Source: Octopus sinensis (Eukaryota). Taken from it: a DNA stretch of 18,463 nucleotides. The stretch lies in assembly GCF_006345805.1 (NCBI RefSeq), contig NW_021824507.1, positions 1 to 18,463 on the forward strand. The letters run 5' to 3'. A program made the translations under genes and the position numbers. Each line of letters opens with the position of its first letter. The stretch's first letter is position 1. The notes beneath the pieces were generated by a model, which was given only the letters and a program-made list of their open reading frames with translations, had not been told where the DNA came from and did not search any database. Of this stretch, positions 1 through 9,977 are shown piece after piece.

Positions 1-38
<38 letters not shown>

Positions 39-71
39 CTGACAGACAGATAAACAGATAGATAGACAGAC

Positions 72-152
<81 letters not shown>
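1..152. repeat. (GATA)n/(GACA)n tetranucleotide microsatellite, truncated by window edge
   Basis: Direct tandem GATA units with GACA variants at ~38-72. Confidence 0.99.
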
Positions 153-196
153 TGTATATATACGTGGGGAAAATCTTTTCAACGAAATTCTTTATT

Positions 197-252
197 ATAT
201 ATATATACATACACACACACACACACGCACACACACACACACACACACACAG

Positions 253-344
<92 letters not shown>

Positions 345-345
345 T
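197..345. repeat. Compound (CA)n/(TA)n microsatellite
   Basis: Direct dinucleotide arrays. Confidence 0.98.
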
Positions 346-349
346 TATT

Positions 350-543
350 TCAACATGTGATCTCTTGAGCACCACCAGCAAAAATATTTTTTCCTCTGTC
401 TTCCCTTCTTGGGATCTTTCCTCCTCCCTGTTTCCGATGAAGAGCTCCGCTCGAAACGTTAACCCTCCTTCCCGTCAAATAATACTTTAATTGTTCCACG
501 TCCTCGCGTTGCTGTTTATTTCTGTGTTTTCTTGTTTGGATTA

Positions 544-548
<5 letters not shown>
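350..548 (+). mobile_element. Probable Penelope-like element terminal-repeat fragment inserted in (TA)n
   Basis: ~200 bp complex island flanked on both sides by (TA)n. Contains a minimal hammerhead motif (430-463) of the type known from Penelope-like element pseudo-LTRs, and a T-rich 3' end running into (TA)n. Confidence 0.6.
430..463 (+). ncRNA. Minimal type I hammerhead ribozyme-like motif (variant core)
   Basis: GTTT-CCGATGA-A-GAGC(TCC)GCTC-GAAA-CGTT-AAC. Core CUGAUGA with U4>C, 4-bp stem II, GAAA, palindromic AACGTT in place of stem III, short GTT/AAC stem I. Confidence 0.6.
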
Positions 549-604
<56 letters not shown>

Positions 605-624
605 TATATATACGCACACACACA
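548..624. repeat. (TA)n microsatellite followed by short (CA)n
   Basis: Direct repeats. Confidence 0.97.
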
Positions 625-629
625 TCCAG

Positions 630-789
630 AGGAGTGGCTGTGTGGTAAGTAGCTTGCTTACTAACCACATGGTTCCAGGTTCATTTCCACTGCATGGCAC
701 CTTGGGTAAGTGTATTCTACTATAGCCTCGGGCTGACCAAAGCCTTGTGAGTGGATTTGGTAAAAGGAAATTGGAAGAAGCCCGTCGTA

Positions 790-875
<86 letters not shown>

Positions 876-1030
876 ATGTTTGTGCGTCTCTGTTTGTCTC
901 CCAACATCGCATGACAACCGATGGTGGTGTGTTTACTTCCCCGTAAGCTAGCGGTTCGACAAAAGAGGCCAAAAGAATAAGTACATGGCCACAGTCAAAT
1001 GACTGTAACAAGTAAAAGAGTAAAAAGAGT
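630..1030 (+). mobile_element. SINE family A (tRNA-derived head, CORE-like segment, internal microsatellite)
   Basis: A-box-like TGGCTGTGTGG and B-box-like GGTTCATTTCC, then CCTTGGGTAAGTG (CORE-like). Internal (TA)n(TG)n at ~788-871 and a (GTAAAAGA)-type tail. Aligns end to end with the minus-strand copy at 15423-15831 except for a ~59 nt deletion near 984. Confidence 0.9.
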
Positions 1031-1044
1031 ATATACACACATAC

Positions 1045-1232
1045 GTGTGTGTGTGTGTGTGTGTGTGGTGTGTGTGTGTGTGTGGTGTGTGTGTTTGTAG
1101 TGTGTGTGTGTGGTTGTGTGTGTGTGTGTTTGTATGTGTGTGTGGTGTGTGTGTGTGTGGTGTGTGTTGTGTGTGTGTGTGTGTTTGTATGTGTGGTGTG
1201 TGGTGTGTGGTGTGTGTGTGTGTGTGTGTGTG
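1045..1232. repeat. Imperfect (TG)n array with TGG interruptions
   Basis: Direct repeats. Confidence 0.97.
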
Positions 1233-1597
1233 TAAACGAAAAAGTATGCGTGTATGTATGTGAGAATGTCACGGAAAGGCTCCGAAACGGTTCGTCCTCG
1301 AGAAAAACGGATTTGATTTTCGAAATTTGCGTCGCAACGACATTGATAATCGACCTGACGACGATTGATATATTTAATAATGGTTTCTTACGGAAACCTT
1401 AGTACTTTTTTGCTGTCATGATCATGCTTTTACTCGGGAGTATTAGCCATATAAGTGATAATAAAAATATTTCCGAACGGAAGCTAAAACTTAGCTACAA
1501 ATTTATTCTTCTTCACAACAGCCAGTGTGTACCTGTAGTTTTTTTTTATGATGTACACGGTTCTTTGCATCTGTTCTAATAAACAAAGCAAAAGCCA

Positions 1598-1601
1598 AAT
1601 A

Positions 1602-1639
<38 letters not shown>

Positions 1640-1662
1640 TAATAATAATAATAATAATAATA
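1598..1662. repeat. (AAT)n microsatellite
   Basis: Direct trinucleotide array. Confidence 0.98.
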
Positions 1663-2277
1663 AAATTGATAATCTAATAAATCGAGTAGTAAAGTGTATG
1701 TGGGCGTGTTTGTAGTGACGTGTTTATAACTTTCCATGTGTGATGGTGTGCAAACTACATAAAAAGAATTTATATTTACGAGGCTTTCTATACATAGGTA
1801 AATCAAATATACTGTATATGGCCCATTTAGTTATCTGAGTGGTTTTTGTATGTGTATATAATGAATGTGTGTGTGTGTGTGTGTATGTGTGTGTGCGTGT
1901 GCAAATATGAGAACGTTCCAAAATTGTTAGATTATATCGAAATGTATTTCTCAAGTAGTTAGTTTTACTCAGTCACACCTTATAGGACGTCCAACAAAAG
2001 TTGAAAGAGTTTGATTAACTTGATATATCAAAGCGGCTAACTTTAATGTCGTTTATGATGTATTGTAGGGAATCTTTTACTAAGCAGGTGTTTGACTTTG
2101 AAGTATGAAAACTGAATAAATAAACAGCATAGCAGAGATAAATAGATTGTTAGATGATTGGGTTGGTAACTAGGCTGGATATCTATTTGGATAGGTGGAT
2201 GGATTTTTAGGACCTATGGATAGAGAGAAATAAAGAAAAAAACAATTCAACTCATTAGAATATACACACAGACACGC

Positions 2278-2326
2278 ATGCATACATACATACATACATA
2301 CATACATACATACATACATACATACA

Positions 2327-2355
<29 letters not shown>
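2278..2355. repeat. (CATA)n microsatellite
   Basis: Direct tetranucleotide array. Confidence 0.98.
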
Positions 2356-2358
<3 letters not shown>

Positions 2359-2409
2359 GCGTGAACCTGTGCATGCGTATACACACACAAACACACACAC
2401 TCACACACA

Positions 2410-2613
2410 TCTTTTACTTGTTTTAGTCATTGTACTGCAGCTATGCTGGGGCACCGCCTTGAAGAGTTTTAGTCGCCAAAAAATCACCCTCCAATACTTA
2501 GTATTTTTCTTTTTAAATTTGGTACTTATTCTTTCGGTCTCTGATCTAGATCGCTAAGTTACGAGGATGTAAACAAACTAACACCAGTTGCAAACCGATA
2601 GTGGGACACACAC
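2410..2613 (-). mobile_element. SINE family A, 3' half of an old split copy
   Basis: TCTTTTACTTGTTTTAGTCATT...GCTGGGGCACCGCCTT...GTACTTATTCTTTCGGTCTC...GTAAACAAAC aligns to ~15441-15630. Confidence 0.85.
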
Positions 2614-2627
2614 ACATGCATGTGTAC

Positions 2628-2899
2628 AAGAGCGTCGGCTGCGGGGTCATTCCGAAAAGCTCTATCTGCGACGATTTCATCTCAATCGAAGGAGAGGGTC
2701 TTTCTCCGTCCGGGTTGCGGATCCGTGGAATAAACTGCCGGACGAGATGGTGAAGATGCCGACGACCGCTCGGTTCAAAGTCTCCCTTGACCACAAGTGG
2801 CCTGAACTCTTTACATGAACACCACCCTGTACATAACTCCATGTCCCCCAACATGGCCTTCCTTTTTGTTTTTTGAGCCAAAAAATTAACTAACTAACT
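2628..2899 (+). mobile_element. CR1-clade LINE 3' fragment (ORF2 C-terminus plus 3' UTR), 5'-truncated
   Basis: Encodes RLRGHSEKLYLRRFHLNRRRGSFSVRVADPWNKLPDEMV...FKVSLDHKW, matching the RGH..KL..FS.RV...WN.LP...FK..LD..W end of CR1 ORF2. (TAAC)n tail. 14-bp TSD ACATGCATGT(G/A)TAC at 2614-2627 and 2900-2913 with 1 mismatch. Confidence 0.88.
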
Positions 2900-2920
2900 A
2901 CATGCATGTATACCAACAAC

Positions 2921-3011
2921 CACCTACCTACCTACCTACCTACCTACCTACCTACCTACCTACATACATACATACATACATACATACATACATACATACA
3001 TACATACATAC
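2921..3011. repeat. Compound (CCTA)n(CATA)n microsatellite
   Basis: Direct repeats. Confidence 0.97.
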
Positions 3012-4810
3012 AAAAGTACATAACTATGCATGCTGGGATGTGCAGAGAATAATAAAATCATCACCCACACATTTTTTGTCGGTAACGTAAGGTTATACTC
3101 TAGTAGCACGAACATCAAGAGACAATTAGAACTAGTTACAACATTCTCACAAGACATAACACTGGAGTCTGGGCAAGATAAATGCGCATGCATGATAGTC
3201 AACCGAGGACAGATACTCGACCAGACAGAGAACAAAGTACATCAATAGCCTATCTATTTCCCTTATCTCTAGTGGGGAAAACTATAGGTATCGCGGAATC
3301 GATGAGAGTGTTGCATCCGTTGGTGTTGTGACTAAAGCCATAATAGCAAAAGAATATTTCTGTAGACTCCGGAAAATATGGAACTGAGAAGTGTCTGCAT
3401 TTAACAAGATCATATCTCACAATACTTTTGCATTGCCAGTGCTAGTGCCAACATCTGGATATTGGACTGGACACTCGATGAAATACGTAGCCTGGACTTC
3501 ACAACCATAAAGGTACTGACCACCACTGACAACTTCCACATTAACAGAGACATGCGAGACGAAATGATGGTGGTAGAGGTACAAGGTCAGTCCAAAGAGC
3601 CTTTGAATGTCGCATTGTACCACTGAATAGTAAAGAAAGAAATGAGTACACTCCATGCATACCCAAAAGTGAGAGCAACATCATTTGAGTTGGAAAAGAA
3701 TTACTGTGCAGGTACTCTCTGAGAATACAACTCTCATGCGACCCAAAGGAAGCCTATCTAAACAGAAACTTGAGGGAGAAGCAGGCATCATTACAGCAGA
3801 AAGCAAAGCATGGGTACTTATCCTATAAGCAAATAGATATGCAGCTTAGTTACCAACCCAATCATCTAACGAGTTATGGATGGATTATTGGGACTAATGG
3901 ATCGAGTGACAAACAATTCAACTCAACAGCATTGACAAAAATAGTAACTACACTTGAACCTATCATAGATACATTACATCCTACCATGAAGGATATGCCT
4001 TCGCTATCCAAGAATGGGAGATAGCCACTAAATACCTGATAAACAAGAGACAAAGATATCACTAAACCTTCACGTCGTGATAGACAATGTCTCTGCTATA
4101 CTAGTTTGGAAGATATCTCCTGTATCATCAGCATGTGCCAAAATGCCTACGGGATACTACCTGCTCTTGAGGCATGATATAGTTTCAAAGACTATTTACA
4201 ATGCTATCCGTGTGAAGGATTTCCCTAACGTTGTACATCAAGAGCATGTCAGAACCAGCATGTATCCACACCTTCAAAAACAAGGCATACGGGTGGAACA
4301 CGCCAATAAAAACAAAAATTTGGTCCAAACATAGCACACCTGATATTGTTCTGTGGAACAGGAAAGAGAAGCCATGCATTGTAGTACAAGTCAGCTTCCC
4401 AGTGGATATAAATGTATCATCAAACGTCCAGGAAAAGGAGAACATTTATGGCGAATTAATCGAAACTTACAGCTCTTGTACTCTGACCATAAATTCTCAT
4501 TTGTACCAATTAGAAGAGATGGTTTAGGCTATGGACTTACAAATTTACAAATACCAGGTTTTACGAAGAAAGAACAAAAGAAATTGATGCGGATTTTCTA
4601 AATCCAATCTATTAACAGTACAGTGAAGAGTATAAGAGATTCCAAAGATTCTCTATCTGAGATTCTTTCGATGAATAGATGCACATACACATGTGTGTGC
4701 ATCGACAGCTTAGCTAACACACCAACTCAACCCCATAACTTCCAAACACCGGAATTTATCTTAACTCAAAAAGTCTTGTCGCTTACTTTCGCAAGAACTT
4801 AAATAAAACT
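3012..4810 (+). mobile_element. Decayed R4/Dong-like non-LTR retrotransposon (RT C-half, Zn-knuckle region, restriction-like endonuclease), 5'-truncated, with stops and frameshifts
   Basis: Motifs occur in the expected order: ITHTFFVGNVRLY..LELVTTFSQDI..GQDKC (~ISHLLFMDDLKLY..FS.DI...G.DKC); ENYRYRGIDE (~YKYLG); EYFCRLRKIW..FNKIISHNTFALPVL; SSACAKM..Y.LLRHDIVSK (knuckle plus RHD); TPDIVLWNRKEKPCIVVQVSFPVD..EKENIY..L..VPI..GLG (PD-(D/E)xK RLE). Stop at ~4660; AATAAA at 4802-4807. Confidence 0.88.
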
Positions 4811-4965
4811 CATACATACATACATACGTACATACAACAGGCTTCATTCTGTTTCCGCAAATCAAATCCGCTCACAAGGTTTTGGTCGACACTAGCCCAA
4901 GATACCACAGTGAGACTGAACTCGGAGCCATGTGGTTTGGGAAGGAAATTTGTACACAGTCATGC
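4811..4965 (-). mobile_element. SINE family A, 5' half of the split copy
   Basis: ATACAACAGGCTTC...CAAATCCGCTCACAAGGTTTTGGTCG...GCCCAAGATACCAC...GGAGCCATGTGG aligns to 15671-15830 with a ~20 nt deletion. Confidence 0.85.
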
Positions 4966-4994
4966 TTCCGTGTATGTATATATATATATATATA

Positions 4995-5072
4995 AGCATA
5001 CTGGGAGAAAGGAAAGAAACGAAACGAAACGACGCGAGGGCGCTCAGTCATACAATAATGTAATAAATAAAA
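4995..5072 (-). mobile_element. Short repeat end related to the 3' end of the 350-548 element
   Basis: Minus strand TACATTATTGT..CGCCCTCGCGTCG plus T-rich tail into (TA)n resembles TACTTTAATTGT..CGTCCTCGCGTTG at 483-511. Confidence 0.45.
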
Positions 5073-6420
5073 TATATGCATACATACATACATACATACA
5101 TATATGTACGTACCTACATCTACATGTATATATACATGCATATATAAATATATATATATGTGAGTACAGGACACCACAAATAGACGTAGAACTCAACGAG
5201 AAACGAAAACATAAAAACAAGGGAACGGACTTTAGCAAGTCTAGAATTGTTTGCTAGGAAGAAGCTTTTTTTTCGCTCTCTACAAATTTTTCGGTAACAC
5301 GCATAAGCATTTGTTATGGCAAAAGAAACTTTTCTACTTCGTTCAAAATTCGGATCTTGTGCTTGAATATATATTGCATATTATATATATATATATATAT
5401 GATATCACAAGAGCCATTGACTTTTAAATGATTTTGAAAGACTTCTCAGATAAAAAAAAAATAGAAGCCAAAATGTCTGTTTTTAGAAAGCCTATTCACA
5501 AACAGTATGTCAGTAATAATCCTGATTTGGAATAAAACATTAAAACTTTCATATCAGCTTTCAAGTTCTAGTACAGCATTGTGGTTAATGGTGGAGCCTC
5601 AAGCCTTCAACACTCTGGGCTGAGACTGGCGTATAACACGAAACATGAATCATCAAATTTCAGCTTTGCAGAGTAGAGGACCCCACTGATAATTTTCTAA
5701 TTAGGTCCCGCACTTCCGAGCGCCGACCATGCCTCCAGAACTATAATCGGTCATTTTGGTCCCTTGCCAAAATAATCTTCAGTAATTTTACAGAATTCTT
5801 CAGATTACCGCTTCTCAACGTTGATGACCTCGTAATCACTATTCCCATATAGAAAGCCCCCAATATTTGCTGCTGACTTTGCGTACACATGCGCACGATA
5901 AAGTGCCAAAAAAGCGTTTCTATGTAAAATTCCCCAGTATCACCACTATATACACATGCATCTATGTATGAAAAGACGTTGGGTCACTTCAAACTAATAT
6001 GGCCTCCAGCTCTAACAATGTCGTTTCTATTGCTCTCAGATAGTGCTAGCAAGATTAAATCCTTAACCTCAATAAATTCTTCATTCCCATTCCTTATTGC
6101 TCCAGGAATTCATCTCTATATTTGGAAATATATTACATACAGCATGAACGAAGAAAGACCTCTAAGATAAGGAGACTGAAGAATTTCTGGAGAATAGGAG
6201 TTGACTTTGGTGCACATTGCTTGAGGGTAGTGCAAAGAACATTATCAGAGATGGATGCAGTAATGGTTGAAAGCATGGTATGTGGAGCGGAATGGGTAGA
6301 AGCACATAAACACAGACACGAAACGTGGTAAGGCTTCAACGAATAATAAAGTACTCGATCAGCTAAGAGGTAAAGGCGTTATAATAAAAATCACAAGCCT
6401 GTTTTTCACAAGACTTGTTT

Positions 6421-6630
6421 AGCGAGCTGGTCGAATCGTTAGCACGTCGGGCAAAATACTTAGCGGCATTTCGTCCGTCTCTACGTTCTGAGTTCAAATT
6501 CCACCGATGTCGACTTTGCCTTTCATCCTTTCGAGATCGATAAAATATGTACCAATTGAGAACTGGGGTTGATTTAAACTACTATCCCCCTTTCCCTAAA
6601 TCTCAGGCCTTGTGCCTATAGTAGAAATAA
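6421..6630 (+). mobile_element. SINE family B, older tail type
   Basis: GCGAGCTGG..GAATCGTTAGCAC..GAGTTCAAATTCC (B box)..GTCGACTTTGCCTTTCATCCTTTCG..GATAAAAT; aligns with other copies in the window. Confidence 0.9.
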
Positions 6631-6632
6631 TT

Positions 6633-6636
<4 letters not shown>

Positions 6637-6714
<78 letters not shown>
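6637..6714. repeat. (AC)n(AT)n microsatellite
   Basis: Direct repeats. Confidence 0.98.
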
Positions 6715-6719
6715 GCATG

Positions 6720-6880
6720 CGGTGTTCCACCTTCCACATAATTTCTCAATTTATCAAATTCATTCACACGGTATAAGTCGGCCCGGGGTTGTGGCAGAGA
6801 TTTGCCTACGGTGCCATGCAGTGAGATTAAACCCGAAACCACATAGCTGCAATGTGAACTACTTAACCATACGGCCAACT
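6720..6880 (-). mobile_element. SINE family A, diverged 5' half
   Basis: TATCAAATTCATTCACACGG..GTCGGCCCGGGG..GTGCCATGCAGTGAGATTAAACCCGAAACCACAT..CTACTTAACCATACGGCCA aligns to ~15695-15830. Confidence 0.8.
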
Positions 6881-7229
6881 CCGTTCTCTTTTTATATAGT
6901 TTTTTTTCAGAAATTTGCAGAAGTGGAACGATAACATTAATCAAAAGGTGGCGAAAGTCGGCAAATTTAAGAACATTATAGAAATAACAGAAATTTAGTA
7001 TCATAATTGGATCAGGTTTGGAGGCTGAATAAGGGAAACAATGTTAGCTACACGTTCTTACTGAGAACGAAACTATTCGTTTCTCTTTCTACTCCCGTTT
7101 TTATTTCCCCGCCATCAGAAGCAGTTTTGTATTATTTCTCGCAGAATCTCGCGTTAACTTTTCAAGCCCAGTCCCGGTATCTCGATCTCCCTTCTTCCTT
7201 CTGTCTGTCTGTATTTCTTCCCACTGCTT

Positions 7230-7263
<34 letters not shown>

Positions 7264-7368
7264 TTTCTCTCTATGCGCCGCCGCCATCATTTCACCTCGA
7301 CACGCACAGCTTACTTGAATAAAACAATATCCACAAACATTTCTCGCCTGCTCGGCCACTACTGCGTA

Positions 7369-7382
7369 GTTGTTATGGTAAC
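7369..7382. promoter_or_regulatory. RFX X-box-like motif in a CpG-rich island
   Basis: GTTGTTATGGTAAC fits the GTT(G)YYATGGYAAC X-box consensus; surrounding 7130-7480 is visibly CpG-rich and has no other copy in the window. Confidence 0.45.
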
Positions 7383-7687
7383 GGCTATCGTTGCCGACGA
7401 CACTACAACAGACGTGTAAATATCAAAGACAAGAAGTGATGTTGATAAACATCAATGATTAACAATCAAACTATGGCGTCTACTACAACTGGCTTTGAAG
7501 ACGAACAAGAATAAAACATTAATATTTTAATGGGTTAATCAGTGGCGGATAACGTGTTTTATAACAATCGTTGGTTTGTTCCTAAGAGTTTGTTTCATGG
7601 GGGTTGAACCTCTTGGGAACCACCCAGTGTGAATGGTTGCTGAGTGGTCATCAAATACACACCCTGTAATGTATATAGCAACAGAAG

Positions 7688-7723
<36 letters not shown>

Positions 7724-8840
7724 AAAATCAAGAAAAATAAAAACGACCTCACTGGGAGAAACGCCAGTCAATATGGCCAAAGGTGACGCCAAATAGATCA
7801 AAGACTTTGGCTGATCAAAAGGGTGAGATTGAGAGGCAAGGTGGGTGTATATAATAGCATAAATGAGGGAGGAATATATGTGTATGGGTGTGTGTATATA
7901 TATGTATATATGTATATAAATATGAGGGGCAATATGGTGGAAGGAGAAGACAGAGAGACATGCTTTGCGCTAAGAAATGAAAGGAAACGTGGCTGGGTTA
8001 AGTGACCACACGAAGAGACAGCAACAATGTGTGAAAACACACTTCATGATAATTAACGATCGCTTTTAAACGACCGACACGCTATTTCACGATCGTCTTA
8101 ATTTCAATATTTCTCTTTAAAGTTTCGTTTTCGTTTTTCTACATCCATAAATGTCTTCAACTCCATCCTTTCATTCACTTCTCATTACTATCTTCTTTGT
8201 TAAGTTTGTTTTTTATATTTCTTTTTTGTTTTATCTTTTATTATTTCTTCATTTCTGCCTATACGTTTCTATATATTTTTAAAAAATTATTTTTATGATA
8301 CCCTCCTCTCTCTCTCTCTCTTTCTCTCTCTCCCTCTTTCTCTTTCCTTCACCCCATACTTCTCTAAGTTCAAGAGTTAATATGCCGCTCTTGAATCTCT
8401 TTCAAACCCAATCATTCAATTGAACATCGAATTCGGTTACAGAATTCTCCTTTGGACCAAAAACCTGTTCCAACCATTAGCTGTCGGCAATATAACATTC
8501 TAAATATAACCTTTTTAACCGCTGCTGTTTAACATGAATAGAAGGCCTTGTCACATAAAGTCGGAGATGGAATAGTTGAATAAAAGAATGATATAGTACT
8601 AACACAGATGTAGATGTAGCTTTAAAGTGTCATGGCTATATTGGCCTGAAGCAACGATGTTTTATAGCCTGGCAATAATAATATTTTCACGGAGAGCCTA
8701 CTCTTTGTGTGCTTGTTCGTCATCTTTTCCCTCGTCGACGTCTTTTTCTTTCCGTTTTCTTTTTTTTTTCTATGAAAATAACACAAAAAATATCAGTTTT
8801 GTTCTCATGCACAAAAGATACGTCAGCTTATTGATGCATA

Positions 8841-8842
<2 letters not shown>

Positions 8843-8888
<46 letters not shown>

Positions 8889-8951
8889 GTACATATATCT
8901 ATATATGTTCTATGTATTTGTGCGTGTGTGAGTATTTAAATATATATATGC

Positions 8952-9014
<63 letters not shown>

Positions 9015-9020
9015 TATACG

Positions 9021-9069
<49 letters not shown>

Positions 9070-9152
9070 AGAGAAACATATATATATATATACCAGCCTA
9101 TATCTCTTTTTTCTATGTATGTTGTACGTGTATGTACATGTGAGTCTATGTC

Positions 9153-9211
<59 letters not shown>

Positions 9212-9250
9212 AGAGAACCACAGACGACAGACAGAGAGAAAGAGAGAGCG
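8843..9250. repeat. Microsatellite cluster (TG)n, (TA)n, (GA)n
   Basis: Direct repeats; source of the spurious ORFs between 8627 and 9396. Confidence 0.97.
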
Positions 9251-9794
9251 GGTGAATGCGTGTTTTGTGCATGAATATGCACATGTCTGAATGATGTTAT
9301 GTGTGTATATGTATGTATATAGGTAAAAATTATAGTTTCTCTCACATGCATACATGTACAAATTACAAAGCTACAAACACACAACCATATGCTCACAAAG
9401 TGCGATCTAATTCAATTACAGTCCTTTTACATCTCGCTTCCTTTCTCTTCGCTCAGTTCAATGACAAACTCTTGACATAAAATTCAATGAAACGCCCCAA
9501 GGAAATAAAACATATTGTGTGGTTGATAAAAGACCAACTATAAAACATTATTTTACAGCTCAATCTTATATTGAACCTCCGTTTCTGACAATCATCGCTA
9601 TCACATACGTTTTTAACCTTAGAGACTTGGCTGCACTTCACCGACATCTGACACCTGGGTAGGTGATCAGAAACGATATTGAGTTGCGTCCCTTTATTTA
9701 CTATGTCAGAATCTACTCAAGACTTAAGTAGTACGACTTTGAGCTCTCCAGAGTCAGCATAATATGTAAAGCTTACTGTACTGGTGTCGATTCG

Positions 9795-9950
9795 GAAGTG
9801 GTTTGGTAGAATTTTTGGAGAGTCAAGCTGTTTTTTTTAAATATTTTTATATTTTTTAATATTTTAAAAATATTTTTACGTTTCCAGATCCAATCCTGCT
9901 TAGGTGAAATTTGCGTTTTAAACTTTCGAGGTAAATTAGAATAAAGTACC
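9795..9950 (+). mobile_element. Highly decayed SINE family B-like copy
   Basis: TGGTAGAAT...TTTTACGTTTCCAGATCCAATCC...TTTGCGTTTTAAACTTTCGAGGT...AATAAAGTACC follows the family B motif order. Confidence 0.45.
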
Positions 9951-9977
9951 TATCTAGAACTGAAGTATTCCTAGAAA

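Noticed and set aside
630-700. Possible tRNA gene (also considered for SINE B heads)
   Set aside because: A/B-box-like motifs continue into SINE bodies; no complete cloverleaf.
350-1402. ORFs of up to 203 aa rich in HT, YI and VC repeats
   Set aside because: Translations of dinucleotide arrays plus SINE A sequence; not real proteins.
7795-7822. TCF/LEF-like sites AGATCAAAG and TGATCAAAAG
   Set aside because: Short motifs expected by chance; no independent support.
8051-8103. Inverted AATTAA-CGATCG arrangement
   Set aside because: Built from self-palindromic hexamers; too short to call.
8627-9396. 215-aa and 165-aa ORFs
   Set aside because: Open only because they run through stop-free (TG), (TA) and (GA) arrays.
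9457-9659. Plus-strand acceptor (CTTTCTCTTCGCTCAG) and donor-like GG|GTAGGT around a ~65-codon open frame
   Set aside because: All three frames hit a stop soon after the acceptor and the peptide is unrecognisable. A non-coding exon cannot be excluded without RNA data.
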